64,000 nucleotides of DNA from Alphaproteobacteria bacterium (GCA_963422645.2 CAXXVO010000009.1:160001-224000), one strand, 5' to 3'; numbered from the stretch's first letter, positions 51,919 to 62,214 are shown. The notes: generated by a model from the letters alone, not told the origin. Translations and numbers: made by a program.

Positions 51919-52773
51919 ATGGCGGTGCAACTGAGAACGGCGCTGCGGGAGACGCTGGAAGGCTGGCAGACTGACGTCGATCCGCTTTGGCGTGATGTGG
52001 TCCGCGATGTCGACCTGGCGTTCGACGATGTGGACCCCGCGCTCGAACTCGAGCCCTGGGAGCCGATCTTTCCTGCCCGTCGCGGCCGGACCTTTCCCGG
52101 TGCGCCGGCCGGCGCGCACATGCTGCGCGCCTTCGACCGGCTCGCGCCTGCGGCCGTGCGCTGCGTGATTTTGGGCCAGGATCCCTATCCCTGCCCGGCC
52201 TTCGCCACCGGCCGGGGTTTCGAGGCCGGCAACGTCACGTGCTGGCGGGAGCTCGACAAGATGTTCTCCCCCAGCGTGCGTGCGGTCATCCAGCTCATCG
52301 TGGCCGCCCGGACCGGGGAGGCCCATTACGCCCAGAGCTTTTCTCGATGGCCAGCGACACTGGCGGCCATCGAGGACGGCGCGATCGACCTGGAAGCGCC
52401 GGGCGCCCTTGCCGATCGCTGGGTGGCGTCGGGCGTATTGCTTCTCAACACCTCGCTCACGCTTTCGCGCTTCCAGCGCGAGGGCGATCCGCATCAAGTG
52501 CGGGGGCATCTGCCACTCTGGCGACCGCTGATGGTCCGGGTGCTCGACCATCTCGCGGGGAGGAGAACGCCGGTCGTCTTCATCGGCTTCGGCGACGCGG
52601 CGGCCGAGACTCTCGTGGCGGCGGGCCTCAGCGGGCCAGATGCAGGCGATACGGAGCGTGTCATCCTCCGCCCGCACCCGGCCTCGGCCGACGAGATCCT
52701 CGCGCAGGAGAACCCGTTCACACTCTGCAACAGGCGCCTCCAGGCCATGGGCGCGGCAGCAGTGAACTGGTAG
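51919..52773 (+). CDS. Divergent family-1 uracil-DNA glycosylase-like protein
   Basis: VILGQDPY, GVLLLNTSLT, HP motif, C-terminal F..CN..L...G...VNW. GGAG lies upstream of ATG 51919. Confidence 0.8.
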   Translation: MAVQLRTALRETLEGWQTDVDPLWRDVVRDVDLAFDDVDPALELEPWEPIFPARRGRTFPGAPAGAHMLRAFDRLAPAAVRCVILGQDPYPCPAFATGRGFEAGNVTCWRELDKMFSPSVRAVIQLIVAARTGEAHYAQSFSRWPATLAAIEDGAIDLEAPGALADRWVASGVLLLNTSLTLSRFQREGDPHQVRGHLPLWRPLMVRVLDHLAGRRTPVVFIGFGDAAAETLVAAGLSGPDAGDTERVILRPHPASADEILAQENPFTLCNRRLQAMGAAAVNW

Positions 52774-52776
52774 CCG

Positions 52777-54438
52777 ATGCCGCGTGCACGGGCAGCCGAT
52801 TACATCATCGTGGGCGCCGGCTCGGCGGGCTGCGTGCTGGCGAACCGGCTCTCGGCCGATCCCGAATGCTCGGTGCTGCTGATCGAGGCCGGAGGCAAGG
52901 ATCGCAATCCCCTGTTCCGCCTGCCAATGCTGATGGGAAGGCTGTTCCACTCCGGCATCTACAACTGGCGCTATCACACCGAGCCGGTGCCGAGCCTGGG
53001 CGGCCGCTCGCTCTACTGGCCGCGCGGCAAGGTGCTGGGTGGCTCGTCCACCATCAACGGCATGGTTTACGTGCGCGGCAATCGCCACGACTACGACCGG
53101 TGGGCCCAAATGGGCCTCACCGGCTGGTCCTACGAGGACGTGCTGCCCGCGTTCCGCCGCTCCGAGGGGCATATCGAGCGCGACGACGCCTATCACGCCA
53201 CTGGCGGCGAGCTCACCGTCTGCCGCGCGCGCGGCGCCAACCCGCTCTTCGACACATTCGTCGAGGCGGGCCGCGAGGCGGGTCATCCCGTCAACGACGA
53301 TTTCAACGGGTCCGGGCAGCAGGGCTTCGGCCGCTATGACTTCACCATCAGGCGGGGCAGGCGCTGTTCCGCCTCGACGGCCTTCCTGCGCCCCGTCCGA
53401 CATCGCCGCAATCTGGCGATCGCCACCGATTGCCTGGTGCGCCGCGTGGTTGTCGAGGGTGGCCGCGCCACAGGGGTCGAGGTCTCTGACGGTGCCGGCG
53501 TTCGGACCATCCGCGCCGAGCGCGAGGTCATCCTCTGCGGCGGCACGGTCAACTCGCCTCAAATTCTCATGCTCTCCGGCATCGGGCCCGGCGACGAGCT
53601 GGGGCGGCACGGCATTCCCGTGGTCCACGAGCTCCCCGGCGTCGGACGCAACCTGCAGGACCATGTCGACTGCGTCCTCGCCTACACCTGCACCGAGCCC
53701 ATCACCCTCTACCGGGACTTGCGGGCCGACAGGCTCATCCGCTCGGTGGCCGAAGGGCTACTATTCGGCCGCGGTATGGCCACGACCTTCCCTTATGAGG
53801 CGGGCGCCTTCCTCAAGAGCCGGGCGGAGATGGTGGCGCCGGACATCCAGGTGCACTTCATGCCGGCGCTGGAAAGTGCGGCCAACCTCCACGTCCCCAA
53901 TCCCTTCAGGAAGGCACCGGTCGAGGAGACCCACGGCTTCAGCATGCGCGTGGGCCCGGTCAATCCCGAGAGCCGGGGCTGGATCGGCCTCGGCTCCGCC
54001 GATCCAGCAGCGCCGGCGCTGATCCAGCCCAACTACCTGCACGACGAAGCCGATTGCCGGACGACGATCGCGGGCATCCGCATGGTCCGCGACGTGATTG
54101 CGCAGTCGGCCTTCGATTCCTATCGCGGCCGGGAGCTTGCCCCCGGCGAGGCGGTGCAAAGCGACGCCGAGCTCACCGCCTGGCTCCGCGCCAACGCCAT
54201 GACGACCTTTCATCCGGTTGGCACCTGCCGCATGGGCACGGACCCGATGGCCGTGGTGGACGCCCGCCTCGCGGTCCGCGGCATCGCGGGGCTCAGGGTC
54301 GCCGATGCGTCCGTGATGCCGGTCATCGTGAGTGGCAACACCAACGCGGCCGCCATCATGATCGGCGAGAAGGCGGCCGAATTCATGCAGGGTCTTGCCC
54401 AGCCTGCATCCGCCGCAACGGGGGAGATTGGGACATGA
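52777..54438 (+). CDS. GMC-family oxidoreductase
   Basis: GAGSAG, PRGKVLGGSSTINGMVYVRG, FHPVGTCRMG, GNTNAAAIMIGEK. Confidence 0.9.
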   Translation: MPRARAADYIIVGAGSAGCVLANRLSADPECSVLLIEAGGKDRNPLFRLPMLMGRLFHSGIYNWRYHTEPVPSLGGRSLYWPRGKVLGGSSTINGMVYVRGNRHDYDRWAQMGLTGWSYEDVLPAFRRSEGHIERDDAYHATGGELTVCRARGANPLFDTFVEAGREAGHPVNDDFNGSGQQGFGRYDFTIRRGRRCSASTAFLRPVRHRRNLAIATDCLVRRVVVEGGRATGVEVSDGAGVRTIRAEREVILCGGTVNSPQILMLSGIGPGDELGRHGIPVVHELPGVGRNLQDHVDCVLAYTCTEPITLYRDLRADRLIRSVAEGLLFGRGMATTFPYEAGAFLKSRAEMVAPDIQVHFMPALESAANLHVPNPFRKAPVEETHGFSMRVGPVNPESRGWIGLGSADPAAPALIQPNYLHDEADCRTTIAGIRMVRDVIAQSAFDSYRGRELAPGEAVQSDAELTAWLRANAMTTFHPVGTCRMGTDPMAVVDARLAVRGIAGLRVADASVMPVIVSGNTNAAAIMIGEKAAEFMQGLAQPASAATGEIGT

Positions 54439-54761
54439 TCGTCGAGCATCGCACCTACACCTTCCGCCCCGGCGCGGTGGACGGTTGGCTCAAGAAATAC
54501 GAAGCGGAAGGTCTGCCCATCCAGAAGCGCCATCTCGGCCACTTCGTCGGTCTTTACGTCTCCGAGATCGGACGCCTGCACCGGATCGTCCTGATCTGGG
54601 CTTACGAGAGCCTGGCCGATCGCGAGCGTCGGCGGGCCGCGATGACCGCGGACCCCGCGTGGCAGGCCTTCATTCAATCCGTCTGGGCGCTCGACGCGAT
54701 CCAGGAGCAGGACGTGATGGTGATGAACCCGGCGCCGTGCTCGCCGCCCATCGGCAATTGA
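54435..54761 (+). CDS. NIPSNAP family protein
   Basis: EHRTY...WAYESLADRERRRAAM..DP.W. Confidence 0.85.
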   Translation: MIVEHRTYTFRPGAVDGWLKKYEAEGLPIQKRHLGHFVGLYVSEIGRLHRIVLIWAYESLADRERRRAAMTADPAWQAFIQSVWALDAIQEQDVMVMNPAPCSPPIGN

Positions 54762-54837
54762 ACGGTTCGCCCGTGGGGTCTGCCCACGAATTCCGGCCTG
54801 GCGCAGCGGGCGCCCGAGAGAGAGAAGGAGAAACGCC

Positions 54838-55911
54838 ATGTCGAACAAGCCGACGTTGAAGGATCGGAGTGCGATGCATGCTCTCGTCAGCCGCCGCCGC
54901 TTTCTGGCGGCTACCGCCGGTGTCTCTGCGATCGTCGGCACGGGTGCTGCGTTGCCCTTTGCGGCGCGCGCGGACACCGGGCTCGTCGCCCTGGTTCACA
55001 CCCAGGCGGCTGGCGACAACGGCCCCATCGATTCCATGATGGGACGGCTCAACCAGCTCTCGGAGGCGCAAGGCTTCGAGACCCGAGCCATCTACGCCCA
55101 GGACCCGGCGACCTACGAGACCGTGCTCAGGACACTCGGCGATGCGGGTGCTTCCATCGTGCTCGGCACATTCCCGGTCATTTCCGAGGCATTCAAGGCG
55201 GTGGCCCCGCTCTATCCCGACACCAGGTGGATTCAGCTTTTCGGCGACCCCGTCGACCCGCCGATCGCGAACCTTGTGACGGTTTCCTACGACTACTACC
55301 TGGGCTGCTATCTGTCGGGCATCTTCGCCGCCCAAGTCTCGCAGTCGAAGCAGATCGGCTATATCGGCGGCATTAGCATTCCGCCGCTGAATGCCGACTT
55401 CAACGCGCTCAGAGCAGGCGTCCACGCGGTCAATCCGGACGCCACCGTTACCGCCGCGTTCGCGGGCTCCTTCCAGGACCCGGCCAAGGGCTTCGAGATC
55501 GCGAGCCAGATGTTCCTGGACGGGATCGACTATATCCAGACCGATTCCGCCGCGACCGACGGCGGTATCATCCAGGCAGCCAACGAGCGCGAGGGCGCCA
55601 TGGTCAGCGCGCTCGACCCCGCTCAGTATCCGCTGGGACCCGGCTCGGTGATTGGAGTGGTCAGCCTCGACTTCGGCCAGTCGCTCCATAACGAGACCGG
55701 CGCGGCGCTCGCCGCCGACTGGCAGGGCGGGCGGCATGTGCCGACCGGCCTCGGCAGCGGCGTGATCGACTTCCTGCGCTCGCCGCTCTATCGGGAGCAG
55801 GGGCCGGCGGCAATCGTCGCCCGGGCCGACGAGGCGTGGCCCGCAGTCGAGGCGGCGCGGGCGGGTATCCTCGACGGATCGGTCACGGTGCCGTTCAATA
55901 CGGAGCTCTGA
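54838..55911 (+). CDS. BMP-family (nucleoside-type) ABC substrate-binding protein with Tat signal
   Basis: SRRRFL Tat motif; YLSGIFAA, IGYIGG, GSFQDPAKG. Confidence 0.82.
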   Translation: MSNKPTLKDRSAMHALVSRRRFLAATAGVSAIVGTGAALPFAARADTGLVALVHTQAAGDNGPIDSMMGRLNQLSEAQGFETRAIYAQDPATYETVLRTLGDAGASIVLGTFPVISEAFKAVAPLYPDTRWIQLFGDPVDPPIANLVTVSYDYYLGCYLSGIFAAQVSQSKQIGYIGGISIPPLNADFNALRAGVHAVNPDATVTAAFAGSFQDPAKGFEIASQMFLDGIDYIQTDSAATDGGIIQAANEREGAMVSALDPAQYPLGPGSVIGVVSLDFGQSLHNETGAALAADWQGGRHVPTGLGSGVIDFLRSPLYREQGPAAIVARADEAWPAVEAARAGILDGSVTVPFNTEL

Positions 55912-55946
55912 TCGCCCGTCCTGATGAGGAGGTCCCTTCGGGAGAC

Positions 55947-57530
55947 ATGACGGCGGCGGACCCGCCGGCCCTCCAGTGCCGCGGGATTCGCGTTACATAC
56001 GGCGAGGTCACGGCGCTCGCCGAGCTTGAGATCGCCTTCGCGCGCGGTGCCATTCATGCCGTGGTCGGCCAGAACGGCGCGGGCAAGACCACCTTCGCCC
56101 GCGTCGCAGCCGGTCTCATTCGGCCCGATGCAGGCTCGCTCCATATCGACGGGCACCCGTTGCGTCTCGGCCGTGTGGCCGGCGCGCGTGCGGCAGGAGT
56201 CGAGCTGGTTCACCAGAGTTTTGCGCTGCCGCCCTCCTTTACCGTGGCGGAGGCGCTGGAGTTCGGTGCCGGCGGCGGTATCGGCCCCTACAGCCGTCGG
56301 CAAGTTCTCTCGCGTTGCCGCGAGCGCCTCGCTGCCCTCGATCTCGACGTCGATCCCCGCCGGCGCATCCGCGACCTGCCGGTGGAGGTGCAGCAGGGAG
56401 TGGAGATCGCCCGCGCGCTAGTCACCGATGCGCGGCTCCTGATTCTGGACGAGCCCACGGCGGTGTTGCCGCCCTCCGGCATCGAGGTGCTCTTCGAGCG
56501 TATCCGCAGCCTCAAGCGGCACGGGGTCACGGTGATCCTGATCCTCCACAAGATCCGTGAGGTGCTGGCGGTTGCCGACACGATCTCGGTGTTGCGCGGG
56601 GGCCGGCTGGTGGCGGGTCCCATCCCGCGCGAAGGCGCCGACGAAACGAGCATCGCCGAGATGATTATCGGTGGCGCGGGCGCCGCCTCCATCGGCGCCG
56701 ACGACACGGATGCGCTGATCGGCACAACGCCCGTCCGGGGATCCGCTGTTCGCGGTGCGCGCTTGGGCGGGAAGTTCGTCCGAATGCCGGAAGCGATCCT
56801 CGAACTGGCGGGTGTGAGCACGGTGAAGGAGCCGGAGGAGTCGCCGCTCGACCGGGTCTCCCTCACGGTCAGGCCGGGGGAGATCGTCGGGGTCGCCGGG
56901 GTTCAGGGCAACGGCCAAGGGACCCTGGTAAAGGCGATCGCCGGCCTCGCCGACATGACGGGCGGGGACATCCATCTGGGTGGCGCGCGCGTAAGCCGCA
57001 TGAGCCCCGCCTCCCGTCGCGCGCTGGGCCTGCGCGTCATTCCCTTCGAGCGCAACAGCGAGGGACTCAGCCTCACCAGCGCGCTGTGGGAGAACTGGTC
57101 CGTTCGCGACCTGATGCAAAGGCCGTTGTTCAGTCTCGTCGATCCGACAGCTCTGCGCCGGCGCTGCGACGAGGCTCTCAAGGCCTGGGGCGTGCGCTAT
57201 GCGTCGGCGACACAGAGCGCAGGCGCTCTTTCCGGCGGCAACGCGCAGAAGGTGATCCTCGCGCGCGAGATCGACGAAGACGCGCGCCTGATCATCGCCG
57301 CGCAGCCCGCGCGCGGGCTCGATATCGGTGCCACCGCCTTCGTCTGGTCGGCACTGCGGGAGGCAGCCGAAGGCGGCTGCGGCGTGCTGCTGATCTCGTC
57401 CGATCTCGACGAGCTCTTCGACGTCAGCCATCGCCTGGTGGTGATGCTCTCAGGCCAGATCGCCGGCGAGTTCGCACCGCCCTACGACATCGCCGCGGTG
57501 GGCCGTGCCATGACCGGGGCGTCCGCGTGA
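55947..57530 (+). CDS. CUT2/nucleoside ABC ATPase (two ABC domains)
   Basis: GQNGAGKTT, ILDEPTAVL, GVQGNGQ, LSGGNAQK, QPARGLD, ISSDLDE. Confidence 0.9.
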   Translation: MTAADPPALQCRGIRVTYGEVTALAELEIAFARGAIHAVVGQNGAGKTTFARVAAGLIRPDAGSLHIDGHPLRLGRVAGARAAGVELVHQSFALPPSFTVAEALEFGAGGGIGPYSRRQVLSRCRERLAALDLDVDPRRRIRDLPVEVQQGVEIARALVTDARLLILDEPTAVLPPSGIEVLFERIRSLKRHGVTVILILHKIREVLAVADTISVLRGGRLVAGPIPREGADETSIAEMIIGGAGAASIGADDTDALIGTTPVRGSAVRGARLGGKFVRMPEAILELAGVSTVKEPEESPLDRVSLTVRPGEIVGVAGVQGNGQGTLVKAIAGLADMTGGDIHLGGARVSRMSPASRRALGLRVIPFERNSEGLSLTSALWENWSVRDLMQRPLFSLVDPTALRRRCDEALKAWGVRYASATQSAGALSGGNAQKVILAREIDEDARLIIAAQPARGLDIGATAFVWSALREAAEGGCGVLLISSDLDELFDVSHRLVVMLSGQIAGEFAPPYDIAAVGRAMTGASA

Positions 57531-58573
57531 GCGGCATGAGCATCCGCGCGGGCGCGGTAGTCCGCACTCTCGCCTTCATCGTGATTGCGCTCGCGCTCTG
57601 CGGCGTCGTCTTCGAGCTGGCCGGCTACTCCGCGCTTCTGATGTTCGAAAGCGTCGTCGAGGGCGCCTTCCTGCGGGCGGGCGGCTGGGCGCAGAGCCTG
57701 CGTTGGGCCTTGCCGCTCTTCATCACCGCGACCGGCGTCGCGATCTCATTCCGCTGCGGCTTCTTCAATATCGGTGCGCAGGGCCAGTTCTATGTGGGCG
57801 CCGTCTGCGCCGCCTTTGTCGCCGAGGGGCTCGGCGGCGCACCGGCCGCCCTCGTGCTGCCGGCGACCTTCCTCGCTGGCATGGCGGGCGGAGCGCTGTG
57901 GGCGCTCTGGCCGGGGTATCTCAGGCTTCGCTCCGGGACCGACGAGGTCATCACCACCTTGATGGGCAACTTCATCGCCACGCTCGTGCTGGTCTACGTC
58001 ACCTCGGGCCCGCTCAAGGACCCCTCCGGCACCGGCCAGCAGGCGGCGAGCCCGCTGCTGCCCGCGGCCTATCGGATCAGCGATTTCCAGGGCATCTCGC
58101 CCGCGATCATCGGCATCGCGGTGGCCGTCGCGCTCGCCATGTGGGTGCTGGTCAACCGCACGCCCTTCGGCATGCTCGCGAGCCTCGCCGGGCGCAACCC
58201 GACCATGGTGCGCTTCCAGGGGGCGCGGCTCTGGACTCTCGGCCTCTCCAGCTTCCTGATTTCGGGCGCACTGGCGGGGCTTGCCGGCACCATCGAGCTC
58301 CTGGGCCCGACCGGGCGCATCGCGAGCGGCTTTCTGCCGGCCCACGGCTTCACCGCGGTGCTGATCGCGCTGGTCGCAAACCTTTCAGTGCTCGCGACGG
58401 CGGTCGTCAGCATGTTCTTCGGCGGCCTTGCGTACGCCGCGCTCTATCTGCCGATCCTGGCCGGGCTGCCGGCCGCTGCCATCGACATCTTCAACGCCTC
58501 CGTCGCGCTCTTCATCACTGCCAAGTCTGGGTTGCTGGATCGCCTCCTGCGCATGGCCAAGTTGCCGACATGA
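57527..58573 (+). CDS. Nucleoside-type ABC permease 1
   Basis: FNIGAQGQ, EVITTLM, ISGALAGLAG. Confidence 0.88.
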   Translation: MSGMSIRAGAVVRTLAFIVIALALCGVVFELAGYSALLMFESVVEGAFLRAGGWAQSLRWALPLFITATGVAISFRCGFFNIGAQGQFYVGAVCAAFVAEGLGGAPAALVLPATFLAGMAGGALWALWPGYLRLRSGTDEVITTLMGNFIATLVLVYVTSGPLKDPSGTGQQAASPLLPAAYRISDFQGISPAIIGIAVAVALAMWVLVNRTPFGMLASLAGRNPTMVRFQGARLWTLGLSSFLISGALAGLAGTIELLGPTGRIASGFLPAHGFTAVLIALVANLSVLATAVVSMFFGGLAYAALYLPILAGLPAAAIDIFNASVALFITAKSGLLDRLLRMAKLPT

Positions 58574-59472
58574 CCGAGTTCCACGAGTTCATGGTGGCGA
58601 TCCTGCGCTCCGGCACGCCGCTGGTTTACGTCACCATGGCAGGCGTCATCGCCCAGCGCGCAGGCGTCTGGCACCTCGGCCTCGAAGGCGTGATGATCAT
58701 CGGCGCGTGCGCAACGATCCTCGGCATCGTGCTGACCGGTTCGTTCCCGGCTGCCATCGCGATCGCCTGCGTGCTCTGCGTCGCGGCCTCGGTCCTGCTC
58801 TGGTTCGTGATCGAGAAGCTGGGCGCCAACCCAATCATCGCAGGCCTGGGCCTCACGGGACTCGGAATCGGTGGGACGGCCTTGGCCGTTCAGTCGCTTT
58901 TCGGCAGCCTCGCTGCCGTGACCGCACCCTTCGGCGTGCCCCGGCTCGGTGCGTCCTTCGGCACTTACGGCGCGCTCTCGATCTTCGTTCTGATGATGCC
59001 CTTCGTCGTCTGGGGCATGTGGGTGCTGCTGCGCCGCACCCGCTACGGCCTGCGGCTTGCCGCCGTTGGCGAGCATCCGCTCGCAGCACGCAGCGTCGGC
59101 ACCAGCCCGGCCAATGCGAGGCTCATCGCGCTGGGGGCCGGCGGCATCCTCTGCGCCATCGGCGGGGCCGAGCTCGCGGCAGGCGGCCTCACCATCTTCG
59201 CGCAGAACATGACCGCAGGCCGCGGCTTCATGAGCTTTGCCGCCGTCATCTTCGGCGCGGGGCATCCCGTCGGCGCGGCCTTCGCTGCGCTCTTCTTCAG
59301 CCTGGTGGGCGTCGCCGGAATCAGGCTGCAGCTTCTATTCGGCGCAAGCATCCCGCACGACGTGCTGCTCTCGCTGCCCTATATGGCGACGATTGCCGGG
59401 GTATGGATCAGCGGCCGGATGCGCGGCGGCGCCAAGGCCGCTACGCAGGCCTCGGAACTTCGCGACTATTAG
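58570..59472 (+). CDS. Nucleoside-type ABC permease 2
   Basis: GLEGVM, GLRLAAVGEHP.AA, AGRGFM, LPY. Confidence 0.88.
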   Translation: MTEFHEFMVAILRSGTPLVYVTMAGVIAQRAGVWHLGLEGVMIIGACATILGIVLTGSFPAAIAIACVLCVAASVLLWFVIEKLGANPIIAGLGLTGLGIGGTALAVQSLFGSLAAVTAPFGVPRLGASFGTYGALSIFVLMMPFVVWGMWVLLRRTRYGLRLAAVGEHPLAARSVGTSPANARLIALGAGGILCAIGGAELAAGGLTIFAQNMTAGRGFMSFAAVIFGAGHPVGAAFAALFFSLVGVAGIRLQLLFGASIPHDVLLSLPYMATIAGVWISGRMRGGAKAATQASELRDY

Positions 59473-59521
59473 CGCGGAGTGCTCTTCACAGCCGTGCCGA
59501 GAGAACGGGGGACGGCGCAAG

Positions 59522-60544
59522 TCAGGTCGTGACGACAATCTTTCCGCGCTGCACGTTGGTTTCCATGTACCGGTGTGCGTCCACGATCTGCTCCAGGGGG
59601 AAGGTCCGGTCAATGATGGGCTTCAAGGCGCCGGAGGCCACCTCATCATGCACGAAGGCGAAACAGGCGGCGCGCTTCTCCGGCAAGCGCATCGTGTCGT
59701 ACAGGCTGTGGAACTTGAAGAAGAGCCGCTTTGCGAGCATCGGCAGGACGGGAATGTCGATCGGCTCGGTGCGCAGGTTGCCGTAGTTGACGATGAGCCC
59801 GTAGGGCTGCGCCGCCGCGACGAGATCGCCGATGAAGGCGCCGCCCACCGGGTCGTAGGCGATGGTGAAACCCTGGCCGCCGGTGATCTCCTTCACGCGG
59901 GTTTCGAGGTCCTCCTCTTCGGTGGCGATGACGTGATCGGCGCCGGCGCCGTGCAGAAATTCCGCTTTCACGGACCTGCGCGTGGCGGCGATAACCATGG
60001 CGCCGGCATTCTTCGCGATCTGCAGCCCGGCGAGCGCGGCGCTGCTGCTTGCCGCCGTGACCAGCACGATGTCGTCGGACGACACGCCGGCGTGATCGAC
60101 GAGCCCGCCCCATGCGGTGCCGTACTGGCACCAGATTGCACCCGCCTCGATCGCCGAAATCCCGTCAGGATTGCGGGCGATGCAGAACGCAGGCACCACC
60201 GCACTCTCACCGTAGAGGCCATACTTCATGACCGAATCGCTGGTCCAATTGCCCCACTGGTCCCACGAATTGAAGGGAACGGCACCGGCGCGGTCGCCGA
60301 TGGAGAAGCCCGAGACGCCGGGGCCAAGCGCATCGATCACACCGCTCGCCTCGATCCCGATGCGGGAGGGGAAGGTGGGGTTGGAGATGTAGGCACCGTT
60401 CCGGAACATGATCTCGGCCCGGTTGAGGCCGATCGCCTCGATCTTGAGGCGGACCTCGCCCTCGCCAGGTTCTTCGAGCGGCTCGTCGTGAACTTCCAAG
60501 ACCTCGGGGCCTCCGTGACTGGCGAACCGAACGATGCGGGGCAT
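59522..60544 (-). CDS. MDR / quinone oxidoreductase family
   Basis: GGPEVL, GLNRAE, G.EASG, TAASSS, GKIVV. Confidence 0.85.
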   Translation of the reverse strand: MPRIVRFASHGGPEVLEVHDEPLEEPGEGEVRLKIEAIGLNRAEIMFRNGAYISNPTFPSRIGIEASGVIDALGPGVSGFSIGDRAGAVPFNSWDQWGNWTSDSVMKYGLYGESAVVPAFCIARNPDGISAIEAGAIWCQYGTAWGGLVDHAGVSSDDIVLVTAASSSAALAGLQIAKNAGAMVIAATRRSVKAEFLHGAGADHVIATEEEDLETRVKEITGGQGFTIAYDPVGGAFIGDLVAAAQPYGLIVNYGNLRTEPIDIPVLPMLAKRLFFKFHSLYDTMRLPEKRAACFAFVHDEVASGALKPIIDRTFPLEQIVDAHRYMETNVQRGKIVVTT

Positions 60545-60901
60545 GCGGCTGACCTTTCCCTGTGTTGAGCCTGTGCTGGCGTCGCGCTTGCGGCTCCGAT
60601 CATAGGGCTAGCTGTGAATTCTGGCCACGGCCGTGGGATTGTTGGCGGTCCTAGAGCCGCCAGATTTTTCGGGACGTGGTGCGCGCGCTCCGGCAAGTCT
60701 TGGACGGAGAGCATCCGAGGCAGGGGGACTGGGTCTAACGCGACAATCCCACGTCATGATATGCCTCACCGCTATATGCATGACGTAATCGCCATGTAAA
60801 TCGTTACTCACGGCACGAACGTCTGCAACAGACATATACATATTAGTTATATATTCCCACAAAACGATGTGTATAGAAGAATATCTTCCATAAGAATGGA
60901 T

Positions 60902-60916
60902 ATAACTTTACGTTAT
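60902..60916. promoter_or_regulatory. Probable LysR-type binding site
   Basis: ATAAC-N5-GTTAT palindrome (T-N11-A) in the AT-rich divergent intergenic region. Confidence 0.5.
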
Positions 60917-60990
60917 GTAATTTACGTATTTGGGTATAACGTTTTGAAAGTCCGTTGCGCCCCTTCGATTATGCTTGTATCACCTAAGTT

Positions 60991-61920
60991 ATGCCCAAAT
61001 CCGGCTCTTATCGGATGCCGCCGACGTCTGCGTTGGTAGCCTTTGAATGCGCCGCCCGGACCGGCAGCTTCGCTGCGGCCGCCAAGGAGCTGGGCATGTC
61101 GCAGCCCGCAATCAGTCGCCATATCGCAAACCTCGAGGAGCGGAATGGCGCGAAGCTGTTTGATCGATCCCGGACCGGGGTGAGGCTGACCGAAGCCGGA
61201 CGACGCTTCCATACGGGCGTTGCTCCCGCACTCGGCATGATCACCAAGGCTGCCTCCGAGATCGCGACGGCTTCAACGGGCGAACAAGTGGTGATCGCTT
61301 GCTCCGACCCGGCGTCGCACTACCTGCTGCGGCCACGACACAACGAGCTTCGCGAAGCGCTCGGCGAGCGCACTCAAATACAGCCCGTGATTTTCCATCG
61401 ATACGCGCGAAACCTGCCACTCGATCCGGTTCCCGATGTGGTCTTGGACTGGGAGTCCACCATCGGAGCGGAGGATCACGTGGTGCTTTTCAGGGAGGCG
61501 GTGAGGCCCGTTTGCGCAGCCGGGTTCGCCGCAACCCACGCGGATACCCTGGGTGGACCCGTCAGCGGCTGGGACGGACTGACGTTTCTCGAACCGGGCG
61601 GCACCGGCGGGAGTTGGGCGTCTTGGAAAGATTGGTTTCAAGCGTTTGGGCACCCTGAGCCTGCATCTCGTTTCATGAGCTTTGACAACTACGTCTATTC
61701 GCTGGAGGCGGCCGTCGAGGGGCAGGGCATCGCACTCGGCTGGAGGAACTTCGTCGATCGGCATCTTGAAACCGGCGCCCTCGTTGCGCTCGGCGATGGC
61801 TATGTCGAGAGCGACAACCACTTTTGCGGTGCGCTCACTGAACAGGGACGTGTCAGACCCATCGCACGAATGTGCCTCTCGTTTTTCGAGCGAAGTGCGT
61901 TTCTCCACGAGGACGCCTAG
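60991..61920 (+). CDS. LysR-family regulator (GcvA-like)
   Basis: FECAARTGSFAAAAKELGMSQPAISRHIANLE; AAVEGQGIALGW. Confidence 0.9.
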   Translation: MPKSGSYRMPPTSALVAFECAARTGSFAAAAKELGMSQPAISRHIANLEERNGAKLFDRSRTGVRLTEAGRRFHTGVAPALGMITKAASEIATASTGEQVVIACSDPASHYLLRPRHNELREALGERTQIQPVIFHRYARNLPLDPVPDVVLDWESTIGAEDHVVLFREAVRPVCAAGFAATHADTLGGPVSGWDGLTFLEPGGTGGSWASWKDWFQAFGHPEPASRFMSFDNYVYSLEAAVEGQGIALGWRNFVDRHLETGALVALGDGYVESDNHFCGALTEQGRVRPIARMCLSFFERSAFLHEDA

Positions 61921-62214
61921 CCCGCACTTCTCACCAGGGTCATGGTCTGCGCGGCGCTGTCCGGCCGATAGGGTAGGAAAGCTGTGCAGCGCGATGTGGG
62001 GCATCGGGCAAACAGCTTGACGCACACTGTCGGCCGGAGAGCGCCGCCCTTCGGGTCGCGCCCAGGCGTCCGCCCGCGTCGCGCGTTCCACGCGCGCGGG
62101 AGCGCACGATGCGCGCCTCAACCGTATTCCCTGATACGCTTTTCGGCCCGCTCCTGGCGGATCGAACGCCTGGGCGCGACGCAGGCCGTGACCGTGGTGA
62201 GAAGTGCGGGCCAG
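61917..62214. mobile_element. MITE-like element, copy 2 (inverted relative to copy 1)
   Basis: CTAGCCCGCACTTCTCACCAGGGTCA ... TGACCGTGGTGAGAAGTGCGGGCCAG. The interior is the reverse-complement homolog of 40382..40652. Confidence 0.8.
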
